DNA from: Candidatus Sericytochromatia bacterium
GTDB taxonomy: Bacteria > Cyanobacteriota > Sericytochromatia > S15B-MN24 > UBA4093
Reading direction: 5' to 3'
DNA length: 64,000 nucleotides
NCBI GenBank assembly: GCA_036676985.1
Contig: JAKFBU010000073.1
Span: 118,521-182,520 of the forward strand
Positions 20,375-29,742 of the stretch are shown here, in pieces. The notes below the pieces were generated by a model. The model was not told the DNA's origin and did no database searches. It worked only from the letters and a program-made list of their open reading frames with translations. The position numbers were made by a program, and so were the translations under genes. Position 1 is the first letter of the stretch; every line of letters starts with the position of its first letter.

Positions 20375-21157
20375 GTGCGCCGCCTCTTCGACCGACATGC
20401 CGGGCCGGGCGAGGTGGACCTCGCCCGGCTCGCGGCGTCCTGGGACTTCCCGGCGGGGGCGGGCGATCGCCCCTACACCTGGGTGAACATGATCGTCTCG
20501 CTGGACGGCAAGGCGGTCTTCGGGGCCCCGGGCACCACCTGGACGGTCGGCTCGGAGTGGGATCACGCCCTCTTCAAGGAGCTGCGCCGCCACGCGGACG
20601 CCGTCCTCGCCGGCGCGGGCGTCATGGTCGCCGACGACATCCCCTATCCCCGGATCGACCCGGACGAGGCGGCCCGGCGCCGGGAAGCGGACCTGCGTCC
20701 GAAGCCGCTCTGGATCATCGTGAGCGGGCGGGGAGGACTGCCCGAGTCGCTGCGGGTGTTCCGGGGCGGGCGCGAAAACGTGCTCGTGGTGGTCTCCGAG
20801 GGATCCGACCCCGCCGATCGCGCCCGGCTCGAGGCCCATGCCCAGGTCCTGGTCATGCCGGGGGCGACCCTCGACATGGGCGAGCTCGCCCGCACGCTCT
20901 ATGCGCAGTACGGCATCCGGCGTTGCTACTCGATCGGGGGCCCCACGCTCAACGGGGCCATGGTCGCGGCCGGCACGCTGGACGAGATCTTCTTCACGCT
21001 CGCACCGAAGATCCACGGGGGCAAGGGCATGGCCACCATGATCGAGGGCCCGAGCCCGGAAAGCCTCGTGGAGGCCCGGCTCTTGTCCATCCACCAGGAA
21101 GGCGACGAGCTCTTCATGCGCTACGCCGTCTCCCCCGAGGCGCGGGAGCGGGCATGA
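20375..21157 (+). CDS. RibD C-terminal / dihydrofolate reductase family protein
   Basis: NMIVSLDGK, LRRHADAVLAGAG, GGPTLN, DEIFFTLAPKI.GG. Confidence 0.88.
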   Translation: MRRLFDRHAGPGEVDLARLAASWDFPAGAGDRPYTWVNMIVSLDGKAVFGAPGTTWTVGSEWDHALFKELRRHADAVLAGAGVMVADDIPYPRIDPDEAARRREADLRPKPLWIIVSGRGGLPESLRVFRGGRENVLVVVSEGSDPADRARLEAHAQVLVMPGATLDMGELARTLYAQYGIRRCYSIGGPTLNGAMVAAGTLDEIFFTLAPKIHGGKGMATMIEGPSPESLVEARLLSIHQEGDELFMRYAVSPEARERA

Positions 21158-21186
21158 AACAGCGCCCCCCTTGCGGAGGGCGCCAG

Positions 21187-21273
21187 CGGAGGCGGTGGGA
21201 TTCGAACCCACGGTGGCTGTGACACCACGCTTGTTTTCAAGACAAGAGCCTTAAACCACTCGGCCACACCTCC
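21187..21273 (-). tRNA. tRNA-Ser (anticodon TGA)
   Basis: Minus strand GGAGGTGTGGCCGAGTGGTTTAAGGC-TCTTGTCT-TGA-AAACAAG, long variable arm, GGTTCGAATCCC; discriminator G; CCA not encoded. Confidence 0.95.
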
Positions 21274-21318
21274 CGAGGCCTTCCAGTGTAGCAAGGCGGG
21301 CCGGGTTGGCGCAATTCC

Positions 21319-21738
21319 CTACAGCACGTCGGGCAAGATGGGGTGGCCGACGATGTGGACGTGCACCCTGCGGCTGCGCGGCCCGTCGAATTCGGCTAGG
21401 TAGATGGCCTGCCAGGTGCCGAGCACCAGCTTGCCCTCGTGAACGGGCAAGACCTGGCTCACGCCCACGAAGCTCGTCTTGAGGTGGGCGTCCGCGTTGC
21501 CCTCGGCATGGTGGAACTCCCCGTCCTGCGGGATCCGGGTCCGGAGCCAGTGCAGCATGTCGCGCGGCACGTCGGGATCCGAGTTCTCGTTGACCGTGAT
21601 GCCCGCCGTCGTGTGCGGGCTCATGACCAGCACGAGCCCCTCCTGGACCGCGGACTCGTCCACCTGCTGCCGCACCCAGGCCGTGACGTCCACGAAGGTC
21701 TCCCGGGCTCGGGTGTCCACCGTCAGGGTATGAAACAT
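21319..21738 (-). CDS. YjbQ/UPF0047 family protein
   Basis: PHTTAGITVNEN.DPDV, H.EGNADAHLK, LGTWQ.IY.AEFDGPR. Confidence 0.93.
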   Translation of the reverse strand: MFHTLTVDTRARETFVDVTAWVRQQVDESAVQEGLVLVMSPHTTAGITVNENSDPDVPRDMLHWLRTRIPQDGEFHHAEGNADAHLKTSFVGVSQVLPVHEGKLVLGTWQAIYLAEFDGPRSRRVHVHIVGHPILPDVL

Positions 21739-21795
21739 GAGCGCATCCTCCAAGCAAGGGATAGCTCCAGTCTACCATCACGAGCAGGAGGCCCC

Positions 21796-22620
21796 ATGCC
21801 CCCATCGGTCGCCTTTCAAGGAGAGCCCGGAGCCTACAGCGAGGCGGCCCTCCGCTTCCACTTCGGGCCCGCGGCACGGGCGGTCCCGTGCGGCTCCTTC
21901 GAGGAGGTCTTCCGGGCCGTCGCCACCGGGGAGGTCGAGACCGGCGTCGTGCCCATCGAGAACTCGCTGGCGAGCAGCATCCTCGAGAACTACGATCTGC
22001 TCCTGGAGCACGACCTGCAAATCGTCGGCGAGGTCATGCTCAACATCCGCCACTGCCTGATGGCTCAACCCGGCACCCGGCTGGAGGACGTTCGCTGGTG
22101 CTACTCGCACCCGCAGGCCCTCGCGCAGTGCGCCCCCTTCCTCAAGGAGCACGGCATCGAGGCCCGGGTGGCGCACGACACCGCAGGAGCCGCCCGCCTG
22201 CTCGCCGAACGCCGCGCGCCCGCCGAAGGCGCCATCGCGAGCGCCCATGCCGCCTTACTCTACGGCCTTTCGGTCGTGGCGGAGGACATCCAGACCCGGC
22301 CGGACAACACCACGCGCTTCTTCGTCATCTCCCGCGATCGCCCGGACGATCTGCCCAGCCAGAAGTCGTCCCTGGTCTTCGCCACGGCCAACCGCCCCGG
22401 CGCCCTCCACGGCTGCCTCGGGGCCTTCGCCGCAGCAGGCCTCAACCTGACCAAGCTCGAGAGCCGTCCCACCCGGGCCACGCCGTGGGAATACCACTTC
22501 TACCTCGACTTCGAGGGGGACGCCTTCGGCCCTGAGGGCATGGCGGCCCTGGAGGGCCTTGCGGAGCACGTGCGCTTCGTGCGGCTGCTCGGCGCCTATC
22601 CGCAGGCAGCCCGGGGCTAA
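21796..22620 (+). CDS. pheA: Prephenate dehydratase
   Basis: FQGEPGAYSE, PIENS, SHPQALAQC, NTTRF, ACT domain with LTKLESRP. Confidence 0.95.
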   Translation: MPPSVAFQGEPGAYSEAALRFHFGPAARAVPCGSFEEVFRAVATGEVETGVVPIENSLASSILENYDLLLEHDLQIVGEVMLNIRHCLMAQPGTRLEDVRWCYSHPQALAQCAPFLKEHGIEARVAHDTAGAARLLAERRAPAEGAIASAHAALLYGLSVVAEDIQTRPDNTTRFFVISRDRPDDLPSQKSSLVFATANRPGALHGCLGAFAAAGLNLTKLESRPTRATPWEYHFYLDFEGDAFGPEGMAALEGLAEHVRFVRLLGAYPQAARG

Positions 22621-22675
22621 CGCCGGGCCCGAATCTTCTCCGATCCACCCGTAGGAACCACCCCGTCCTTGCGCC

Positions 22676-24736
22676 ATGCTGGACTGGCGCAAGACGTGCC
22701 GAGCGAGGATCCAACGGGTGAGCGACGCGCTGCACGAGATCGAGGGCGAGCTCGACGACCTGCTGGTCCAGGTGGACCCGGCAGGTCGAATGCTGTACGT
22801 CTCTCCCTCGGCCGCGTCCTCCCTGGGCCTCTCCCCCGAGGAGTGCCTGGGTCGGAGCCTCTGGGAGTTCGTCTCACCAGAGGACCGCCAGAGCCTCCAG
22901 GCGACCATGACCCGGGAGGTCGCCCGGCATGCGGAGCACTGGGAGCAAGAAGGCGAGCTCGTGAGCCTCAAAGGGCCCACGACCAGCGTCAAGTGGGTCG
23001 TCTGGGCCCACTACGAGCCCGCCGGCAAGCTCGATCACCTCAACGTCATCGGGCACGACATCACCGAGCAACGGCGCGCCGAGCGCAGCCTGGCGGATCG
23101 CCTCACGCTCGAGGCCCTCATCATGCGCCTGTCGACGCACTTCAACCGGCTCTCCCCCCCTGAGGTCGACGCGGGGGTGCTGCAGGCGCTCCAGGAGATC
23201 GGGGAGTTCGCGGGGGTGGACCGCGCCTACGTCTTCCGCTTCTCGGAAGAGGGCCGCTACCTGAACAACACCCATGAGTGGTGCCGGCCGGGCATCGAGC
23301 CCCAGATGACCAAGCTGCAGCACCTGCCCAGCGCGAAGTTCCCGTGGTGGCTGGAGCGCCTGCGGCGCCACGAGGCCATTCACCTCCCGGACGTCACGGC
23401 CATCCCGGAGGAGGCGGCGCGGGCCCAGGAGGTGCTCTTGATGCAGGGCATCCAGTCGCTCCTCGCCGTCCCACTGGTCTATGAGCGCCAGGTCATCGGC
23501 TTTCTGGGGTTCGATGCCGTCCGGAGCCCCAAGACCTGGTCGGACGAGACGCGCGCCTTGCTGTCCATCGTGGCCGACATGCTGGCCAACGTCTTCCACC
23601 GCCAAGAGGCCGAAGAGGCCCTGCGTCGCACCACAGCAAGCCTGGCCGCGGCCCAGCGCATCGCCCACATCGGCCACTGGGAAGAGGACCTCCTGACCGG
23701 CCGGACGACCTGGTCCGACGAGATCTATCGGCTCCTCGGGTACGAGCCCCACTCCGTCGAGCCGGGCCTCAAGACCTTCGAGGTCTCCCTGCACCCGGAC
23801 GATCGCTCGCGCGTGATCGAGACCCTGCGCCGGGCCATCGACGCCCAGGCGCCCCTGAACCTGGACTGCCGCATCACGCGGCCCGACGGCACGGTGCGCA
23901 TGCTGCACATCCAGGGAGAGGTGGGCCACGACGAAATGGGCTGGCCGCTCTATACGCGCGGCACGATCCAGGACACCACCGAGCTGCGGCAGGCCGAGGC
24001 CGAGCTCGCCCGTCGGGAGGCCGAGCTGCAGCAGAGCCGAGAGCTCGATCGCATCAAGACCGAGTTCGTCAGCGCCGTCTCCCATGAGCTGCGCACGCCC
24101 CTCTCATCCATCAAGGGCTATGCGGAGTTCCTGGCAGACGAGCTCTCCGGTCCTCTCAACGACGATCAGCACGGCTACGTCTGCCAGATCGAGGAAGGGG
24201 CCGCGCGCCTCGAGCGCATCATCAACGACCTCTTGGACTTCGCCCGGCTCGAGGCCGGCACCTTCACGCTCAACATGCGCACGGCGGACCTGGCGGAGAC
24301 CATCGGCGAGATCGTCTCGGGCCTCGGGCCCCAGGCCGCCAGCCGTCAGCTGGAGGTCGAGACCGAGCTCACGGGGCCCCTCCCCGTGCGCATGGATCCC
24401 GAACGGATCGGCCAAGTGCTCATGAACCTGCTCGGCAACGCCCTCAAGTTCACGCGTCCGGGCGGCCGGATCAGCGTCGCGGCCGCCCGGATCCCGGGCG
24501 AGATCCGGGTGGAGATCCGCGACACGGGTATCGGCATCCCCGCAGAGCGCCTGACGCACGTGTTCCAGAAGTTCTACCAGGTCGACACCAGCCTGACGCG
24601 CGAGGTGGGCGGCGCCGGTCTCGGCCTCTCCATCGCCCAGGCCCTCGTCGAGGCCCACGGTGGCCGCATCGGGGTCGTGAGCACGCCGGAGGTGGGGACG
24701 ACGTTCTGGTTTACGCTGCCCCTCAACGGGGCTTAG
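22676..24736 (+). CDS. PAS/GAF/PAS sensor histidine kinase
   Basis: PAS and GAF segments; H-box SHELRTPL, N-box NLLGNALKF, G boxes DTGIGI and GAGLGL. Confidence 0.93.
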   Translation: MLDWRKTCRARIQRVSDALHEIEGELDDLLVQVDPAGRMLYVSPSAASSLGLSPEECLGRSLWEFVSPEDRQSLQATMTREVARHAEHWEQEGELVSLKGPTTSVKWVVWAHYEPAGKLDHLNVIGHDITEQRRAERSLADRLTLEALIMRLSTHFNRLSPPEVDAGVLQALQEIGEFAGVDRAYVFRFSEEGRYLNNTHEWCRPGIEPQMTKLQHLPSAKFPWWLERLRRHEAIHLPDVTAIPEEAARAQEVLLMQGIQSLLAVPLVYERQVIGFLGFDAVRSPKTWSDETRALLSIVADMLANVFHRQEAEEALRRTTASLAAAQRIAHIGHWEEDLLTGRTTWSDEIYRLLGYEPHSVEPGLKTFEVSLHPDDRSRVIETLRRAIDAQAPLNLDCRITRPDGTVRMLHIQGEVGHDEMGWPLYTRGTIQDTTELRQAEAELARREAELQQSRELDRIKTEFVSAVSHELRTPLSSIKGYAEFLADELSGPLNDDQHGYVCQIEEGAARLERIINDLLDFARLEAGTFTLNMRTADLAETIGEIVSGLGPQAASRQLEVETELTGPLPVRMDPERIGQVLMNLLGNALKFTRPGGRISVAAARIPGEIRVEIRDTGIGIPAERLTHVFQKFYQVDTSLTREVGGAGLGLSIAQALVEAHGGRIGVVSTPEVGTTFWFTLPLNGA

Positions 24737-24744
24737 GGGTGACG

Positions 24745-24821
24745 GATCCGCAGATTTCGCAGATGACGCAGATTGGGTGAGAAAGACCCTCAATCCCCAA
24801 AATCTGCGAAATCTGCGGATC
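24745..24821. repeat. CGCAGAT-repeat palindromic element (REP-like)
   Basis: GATCCGCAGATTTCGCAGAT / ATCTGCGAAATCTGCGGATC 20-bp perfect inverted repeat built from 9-nt CGCAGAT units; between convergent genes. Confidence 0.75.
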
Positions 24822-24830
24822 GTTTCCCCA

Positions 24831-26432
24831 TCAGGCGAATGATGGACCGGTGGATCCGTCCCATGCCTTGCCCAGCGCGGGCAGAGGCAGCTCCGGCAGC
24901 GTAACGGGCAAGCGGCCAGGAAACTCCCCGGCACGCAACCCCGCAAGCGCGGCCTCGATCTGGACCGGTCGGCTTCCGTAGGCGAGCACCCAGCGGGCGG
25001 CCTCGGGCACCTGCGCCACCAGAAAGGGGCTCGAGAAGGACACGAGCGTCATGGGGTGGGCGGCCGCGAGGCGCCGCAGGGGCTCGACGAGCTCCGGGGG
25101 CATGAGGCTGCGCTCCTTGCTCACGCGGATGGGCGAGAACACCCCGGCGAGCACCGCCGGGGCCCGTCCGGCCTCGGCCAAGAGCTCGGCCCAGATGGCG
25201 GGGCTCGTGCCTGCCGTCACCACCGCGCTGGCGCGCAGGCCCAGCGCCTCGAGGGCATGGCGCCAGACATCCAGGCGCTCGGACTCCACCCCGTCGTCGA
25301 TTGCCAGGCAGAACGTGCCTTCGGGCAGGGCCCGGCCGGCGTCGCCCTTGGCGAGGGTGATGGCCTGGGCCGCCACGTGACGGGCGAGGGCCTCCGGCGT
25401 GGGCTTCAGGGGCTCGTGCGGGGGGCGCCTCAAGCGGGCCTTGGCCGCGAGCACGCGGCCCGCGGCCTCGTACACGCGACGCTCGTCGAGGCGCCCGGAT
25501 CGCGCGGCCTCGTACAGGGCCTCGAAGGTCAAAGCCGGGTCCGGGGGCATGAGCAGCATGTCGCAGCCCGCCCGGACGGCCAGCACGGCGGCATCCACGG
25601 GATCGAGCGTCCGGGTGATGCCGCCCATGACCAGGGCATCGGTGACGACGAGCCCCGAAAAGCCGAGCTCCCGGCGCAGGAGGTCCGTGAGGATGGCCGG
25701 GCTCAGGGTGGCGGGCACGTCCGGAGCGTCGAGCGCCGGCACGGCCAGGTGGGCCGTCATGACGCTCGCGACCCCCGCCCCGATGGCCGCCTGGAAGGGG
25801 GGCAGCTCGACCTGGGCGAGGCGGGCGCGCTCGGCCGTGACCACCCCGAGCTTGGCATGCGAGTCGGTCGAGGTGTCGCCGTGGCCGGGGAAGTGCTTGG
25901 CGCAGGCGAGCGCCCCCTGGGACTGGCAGCCCAAGACGAAGGCCTCGACCAGCCGGGCGACCAGCGCCGGATCCCCTCCGAAGCTGCGGATGTTGATGAT
26001 GGGGTTGAGGGGGTTGTTGGTCACGTCCGCCACCGGCGCGAGCACCCAGTTGATGCCCACCGAGAGGGCCTCGCGCGCGGTCCAGGCCCCCAGCTCGTAG
26101 GCATGCGCGGGCTCGCGGGCGGCCCCGAAGGCCATGGCCGTCGGGAACACGGAAAGGCCCGCGACCTGTTGGCCCGCGCCGTGCTCCAGATCGGCCGCGA
26201 CAAGCAGGGGGATCCGGGCGGCCTCCTGGAGGTCCGAGACGCGCTCGGAGACCTCCGCCTTGCTGCCATGGAAGAGGATGTAGCCGCCCCAGCCGTAGCG
26301 CTCGAGGTCGTTGCGGGCGGCCACCGGGTCGTAGACGCGGCCCTGGCGATCGCCCCCGAAGAGCGTCGGGCAGATGAGCTGGCCGACGGCCTCGTGCAGG
26401 CTGAGGGAGTCGACGGGGGGCAGGTGGTCCAT
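24831..26432 (-). CDS. nagZ: Glycoside hydrolase family 3, beta-N-acetylhexosaminidase
   Basis: ADLEHG, APVADV, RSFG, KHFPGHGDT..DSH, MTAH, TDALVM. Confidence 0.88.
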   Translation of the reverse strand: MDHLPPVDSLSLHEAVGQLICPTLFGGDRQGRVYDPVAARNDLERYGWGGYILFHGSKAEVSERVSDLQEAARIPLLVAADLEHGAGQQVAGLSVFPTAMAFGAAREPAHAYELGAWTAREALSVGINWVLAPVADVTNNPLNPIINIRSFGGDPALVARLVEAFVLGCQSQGALACAKHFPGHGDTSTDSHAKLGVVTAERARLAQVELPPFQAAIGAGVASVMTAHLAVPALDAPDVPATLSPAILTDLLRRELGFSGLVVTDALVMGGITRTLDPVDAAVLAVRAGCDMLLMPPDPALTFEALYEAARSGRLDERRVYEAAGRVLAAKARLRRPPHEPLKPTPEALARHVAAQAITLAKGDAGRALPEGTFCLAIDDGVESERLDVWRHALEALGLRASAVVTAGTSPAIWAELLAEAGRAPAVLAGVFSPIRVSKERSLMPPELVEPLRRLAAAHPMTLVSFSSPFLVAQVPEAARWVLAYGSRPVQIEAALAGLRAGEFPGRLPVTLPELPLPALGKAWDGSTGPSFA

Positions 26433-26558
26433 GGCTCCTCCTCTTTCCGACACCCTACCCGATTCCACGCGGGATGCCAACCACTCTTCCCGACCATCCC
26501 AGCATCCCTTGTGAGCCGCCCCCCGACTTGCCTAAGATGCTGAGAAGGGGGGAGAGCA

Positions 26559-28184
26559 TTGCTGAAACTCTCGTTCGGACGTTACCGCCAGATGCTCCGG
26601 GTCCTGGCGAAGTACGGCATGGCCGACCTCCTGGAGGAGCGCGGCAGCCGGCTCGTGCCCAAGGGCGTGGAGCGGCCGCATCCGGACGCCCTGCCCGAGG
26701 AGACGCGGGCCCTCAACCTGCGCCTGGCCCTTCAGGAGCTGGGGCCGACCTTCATCAAGTTCGGGCAGGTGCTCTCCACGCGTCCGGACATCCTGCCGCC
26801 CGCCTACATCCGCGAGCTGGTGAAGCTGCAGGACAAGGTCCCCCCGTTCGGCTTCGACGCGGCCAAGGTCATCCTCGAGACCGAGCTGGATCGGCCCGTC
26901 CACGAGGTCTTCGCCATCATCTACGAGACGCCCCTCGCCTCGGCCTCGCTCTCGCAGGTCCACGAGGCCCTCCTGCCCTCCGGCGAGCAGGTGATCGTCA
27001 AGATCCAGCGCCCCGAGGCCCGGGCCATCATCCGGCGCGACATCCCGATCCTGCGCACCTTCGCCCAGGTGCTCTGCTCGCGCTTCGAGTGGGGCCGGCT
27101 CTACGACGTGGCGGGCATCGTCGAGGAGCTGGAGCGATCGCTCAAGGCCGAGCTCGATTTCGTGCAGGAGCGCGAGAACATGCAGGTGATGGCGTGCCAC
27201 CTGGCGGACTTCCCGCGCATCAAGGTCCCCCGGGTCTTTTCCGAGCTCTCGACCGAGCGAGTGCTCACCATGGAGCGGGTCTTCGGCCAGAAGCCAAACG
27301 GCGGGATCGACGACCCGGAGCTTGCCGAGGAGTTCTTGCGCGCCTGCCTCGAGCAGTTCGCGGTGGACGGCTTCTTCCACGCGGACCCGCACCCCGGCAA
27401 CGTGCTCGTCACCAAGGACCGCGACCTCTACCTCCTGGACTGGGGCATGGTGGGCTACGTGGACAGCCGGAGCCGCCGGGGCTTCACCAAGATCCTGCTC
27501 TCGATGGTGGGCGGCCAGGGCGACATGACCGCCGAGCTCTTCCTCGAGATGAGCGAGCCCGGGCGCGACTTCCGCTTCCACGACTACCGGCTCGACATCG
27601 GTCGCCTGGTGGCGCGCTTCAACAACAGCGGCTTCGAGATCGGCGAGGCCCTCATGGAGCTCGTCCGGATCGGCAACAAGCACAACCTGCGGGCCCAGCC
27701 CCAGCTCACCCTGATGTTCAAGGCCTTGTCCCAGATTGACGGGATCGTGGCCGCGATCGCTCCATGCGTGGACCCCCTGGAGCTCATGCAGCCCTACCTG
27801 CCCCAGATCCTCGCGCGTCAGACCGGCCAGCTCTACGCCCCCATGAACGCCCTCAACTCGACCATGGAGGCCGCCGAGACGGCCATGGAGCTGCCCCGTC
27901 GGCTCAACACCATCCTCGACCGGCTGAGCTCGGACAACCGGATCCGGATCCAGTTCGAGCACATCGGGCTCGCGGACTCCCTGCAGCCCATCGGGCGTTA
28001 TGTCAACCGACTGGCGCTGGCGGCCATGTTCCTGGGGCTCTCCATGTCCTCGGCCATCATCCTCGCGACCAAGGTCGGGCCCGCATGGTACGGCTTCTCC
28101 CTCCTGGGCCTCCTGGGATTCCTGGCGGCCTTCGTCCTGGGCGTCTACCTGACCTTCACCATCCTGCGCACCAAGCTCTACTGA
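26559..28184 (+). CDS. AarF/UbiB/ABC1 kinase family protein
   Basis: LGPTFIKFGQVLSTRPD, ASASLSQVH, VKIQRP, HADPHPGN, DWGMVG; two C-terminal TMs. Confidence 0.92.
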   Translation: MLKLSFGRYRQMLRVLAKYGMADLLEERGSRLVPKGVERPHPDALPEETRALNLRLALQELGPTFIKFGQVLSTRPDILPPAYIRELVKLQDKVPPFGFDAAKVILETELDRPVHEVFAIIYETPLASASLSQVHEALLPSGEQVIVKIQRPEARAIIRRDIPILRTFAQVLCSRFEWGRLYDVAGIVEELERSLKAELDFVQERENMQVMACHLADFPRIKVPRVFSELSTERVLTMERVFGQKPNGGIDDPELAEEFLRACLEQFAVDGFFHADPHPGNVLVTKDRDLYLLDWGMVGYVDSRSRRGFTKILLSMVGGQGDMTAELFLEMSEPGRDFRFHDYRLDIGRLVARFNNSGFEIGEALMELVRIGNKHNLRAQPQLTLMFKALSQIDGIVAAIAPCVDPLELMQPYLPQILARQTGQLYAPMNALNSTMEAAETAMELPRRLNTILDRLSSDNRIRIQFEHIGLADSLQPIGRYVNRLALAAMFLGLSMSSAIILATKVGPAWYGFSLLGLLGFLAAFVLGVYLTFTILRTKLY

Positions 28185-28861
28185 CGCACGACGTCGCGCG
28201 CCACCGCCCGGTAGTCATGGGCCGATTGGCGCCCGTAGGACCAGTCCGCCGGGTAGTAGGCCGGGCGACCGAGAGAATGAGCGAAGGCATTGAGAGCGGG
28301 CAGGTGATCCTCGGCCTGGGCGTAGGTCAGGCCCATGGCGAACATCTCCTGGGCGGCATCGCGGGCGCTCCAGCCCTGCGTGAGGCGGAGCATGGCCGCG
28401 AGCACGCCCGTGCGCCCGATGCCGCCCGCGCAGTGCCAGAGGGCCACCTCGCCCCGGTCCTGGGCCGTCCGGACGAAGCGGAAGAAGCGCGCGACCTGCT
28501 CGGGAGTGGGCGCCGCGCCGTCCGTGATGGGCATGTGCTCGTAGCGCATGCCGCAGGCCCGGGCCGCCGCCCTATCCTCGGCCGACTCCGAGCGCAGGTT
28601 CATGACGGCCGCGACCCGGTACTTGCGCTTCAGGGCCAGGTAGACCCTTTCCACCGCCGCTTGATCGGACGGAGCGTCGTCCGCGAGCTTCCGGCCGTCC
28701 ACGATGACCGCCCCCGAGCGCAACAGCACCCCGGGCACCACCCATGCGAGCCGGTAGACGACCCGGGAGTCGCCGGGGATGGGCTGCGAGTACGGGGGGG
28801 CCGCCAACAGCGGGGTCTGCAGGAGCAGGCTCAGCACCAGGAACAGCGACAGGATGCGCAA
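28178..28861 (-). CDS. Secreted protein-tyrosine/dual-specificity phosphatase family protein
   Basis: Signal peptide; P-loop HCAGGIGRTG; PITDG.APT. Confidence 0.85.
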   Translation of the reverse strand: MRILSLFLVLSLLLQTPLLAAPPYSQPIPGDSRVVYRLAWVVPGVLLRSGAVIVDGRKLADDAPSDQAAVERVYLALKRKYRVAAVMNLRSESAEDRAAARACGMRYEHMPITDGAAPTPEQVARFFRFVRTAQDRGEVALWHCAGGIGRTGVLAAMLRLTQGWSARDAAQEMFAMGLTYAQAEDHLPALNAFAHSLGRPAYYPADWSYGRQSAHDYRAVARDVVRQ

Positions 28862-28870
28862 AACGTCCTC

Positions 28871-29671
28871 CTAACGGCTCAAGGCGTCCAATCCGGCTGG
28901 CAAGGGTTCGCCCTTGAGCCAGGCGCGCACGGTGCCCGTGAAGCGATCGGGGTCCTCCAGGCTCCAGCCATGCCCGAGCCCCCGGGCCACCGCCCCCTGC
29001 GCGTTCGGCAACGCCCGGACCAGATCCTCGGCCGACCGGCGGATGACCTCCCGCTCGTGCTCGCCGACGACGACGAGCGTGGGCACGGGCGATCGCCCGA
29101 TCCCCTCGGGCAGGCCAAAGCGCATGTTCTCCTCGAACACCACCCGGCGCAGGAGGCCCACCGTCAGGCGGCGGGTGTCGGCCGCGAACTCGGTGCGGAA
29201 CTCCTCGGGCACCCCCTGGGCGCGCATGTTCGCCCGCACCAGGAAAGCCATGTTCCGAACGGGCATGTAGGCCCGCAGGGCGAGCTCGGTCAGGAGGCGG
29301 GACGCCCCTCCGCTCAGCCCGGGGACGGGGCGCACGAGGGTGCCCGAGAGGATCGCCCGCCCCACGCGCTCGGGATGGCGCACGAGGAGCTCGGCCGCGA
29401 TCTGGGCGCCCAGGGAGTGACCCACGACATGGGCCCGGCTGTAATGGGCATGCTGCTCGATGAGCCGCGCGAGCTGCTCCGCGGTTTTGGCGATCGAGAA
29501 GGGGCGCTCCCGGAGGCTCTTGCCATGCTCGGGCAGGTCCGGCACCAGGTGGTGATAGTCGTCCATGCGGTCGATCTGCGGACGCCAGACCCACCCGCTC
29601 ACACCGCCGCCGTGCAGCCACAGGATCGTCTCCCGGGCCCCGGTGTGCCATTCCTCGTAGAAAAGCGCCAT
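28871..29671 (-). CDS. Alpha/beta hydrolase
   Basis: LHGGG, DLPEHG, GHSLG, catalytic His in LGHGW. Confidence 0.9.
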   Translation of the reverse strand: MALFYEEWHTGARETILWLHGGGVSGWVWRPQIDRMDDYHHLVPDLPEHGKSLRERPFSIAKTAEQLARLIEQHAHYSRAHVVGHSLGAQIAAELLVRHPERVGRAILSGTLVRPVPGLSGGASRLLTELALRAYMPVRNMAFLVRANMRAQGVPEEFRTEFAADTRRLTVGLLRRVVFEENMRFGLPEGIGRSPVPTLVVVGEHEREVIRRSAEDLVRALPNAQGAVARGLGHGWSLEDPDRFTGTVRAWLKGEPLPAGLDALSR

Positions 29672-29742
29672 GCCCCTCTCCTGCCTACCTCACCTTCGCC
29701 AGTATGCCAGAAAATGGTCCCCACCGTCGGCCCCGCGGCCGA

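Noticed and set aside
21187-21273. tRNA with TGA in the anticodon loop as a possible tRNA-Sec or UGA suppressor
   Set aside because: Anticodon TGA reads UCA (Ser); tRNA-Sec needs anticodon TCA and a longer acceptor stem. This is an ordinary tRNA-Ser.
21160-21320. tRNA-Ser as an island integration site
   Set aside because: No integrase, no duplicated tRNA 3' end seen, and housekeeping genes on both sides.
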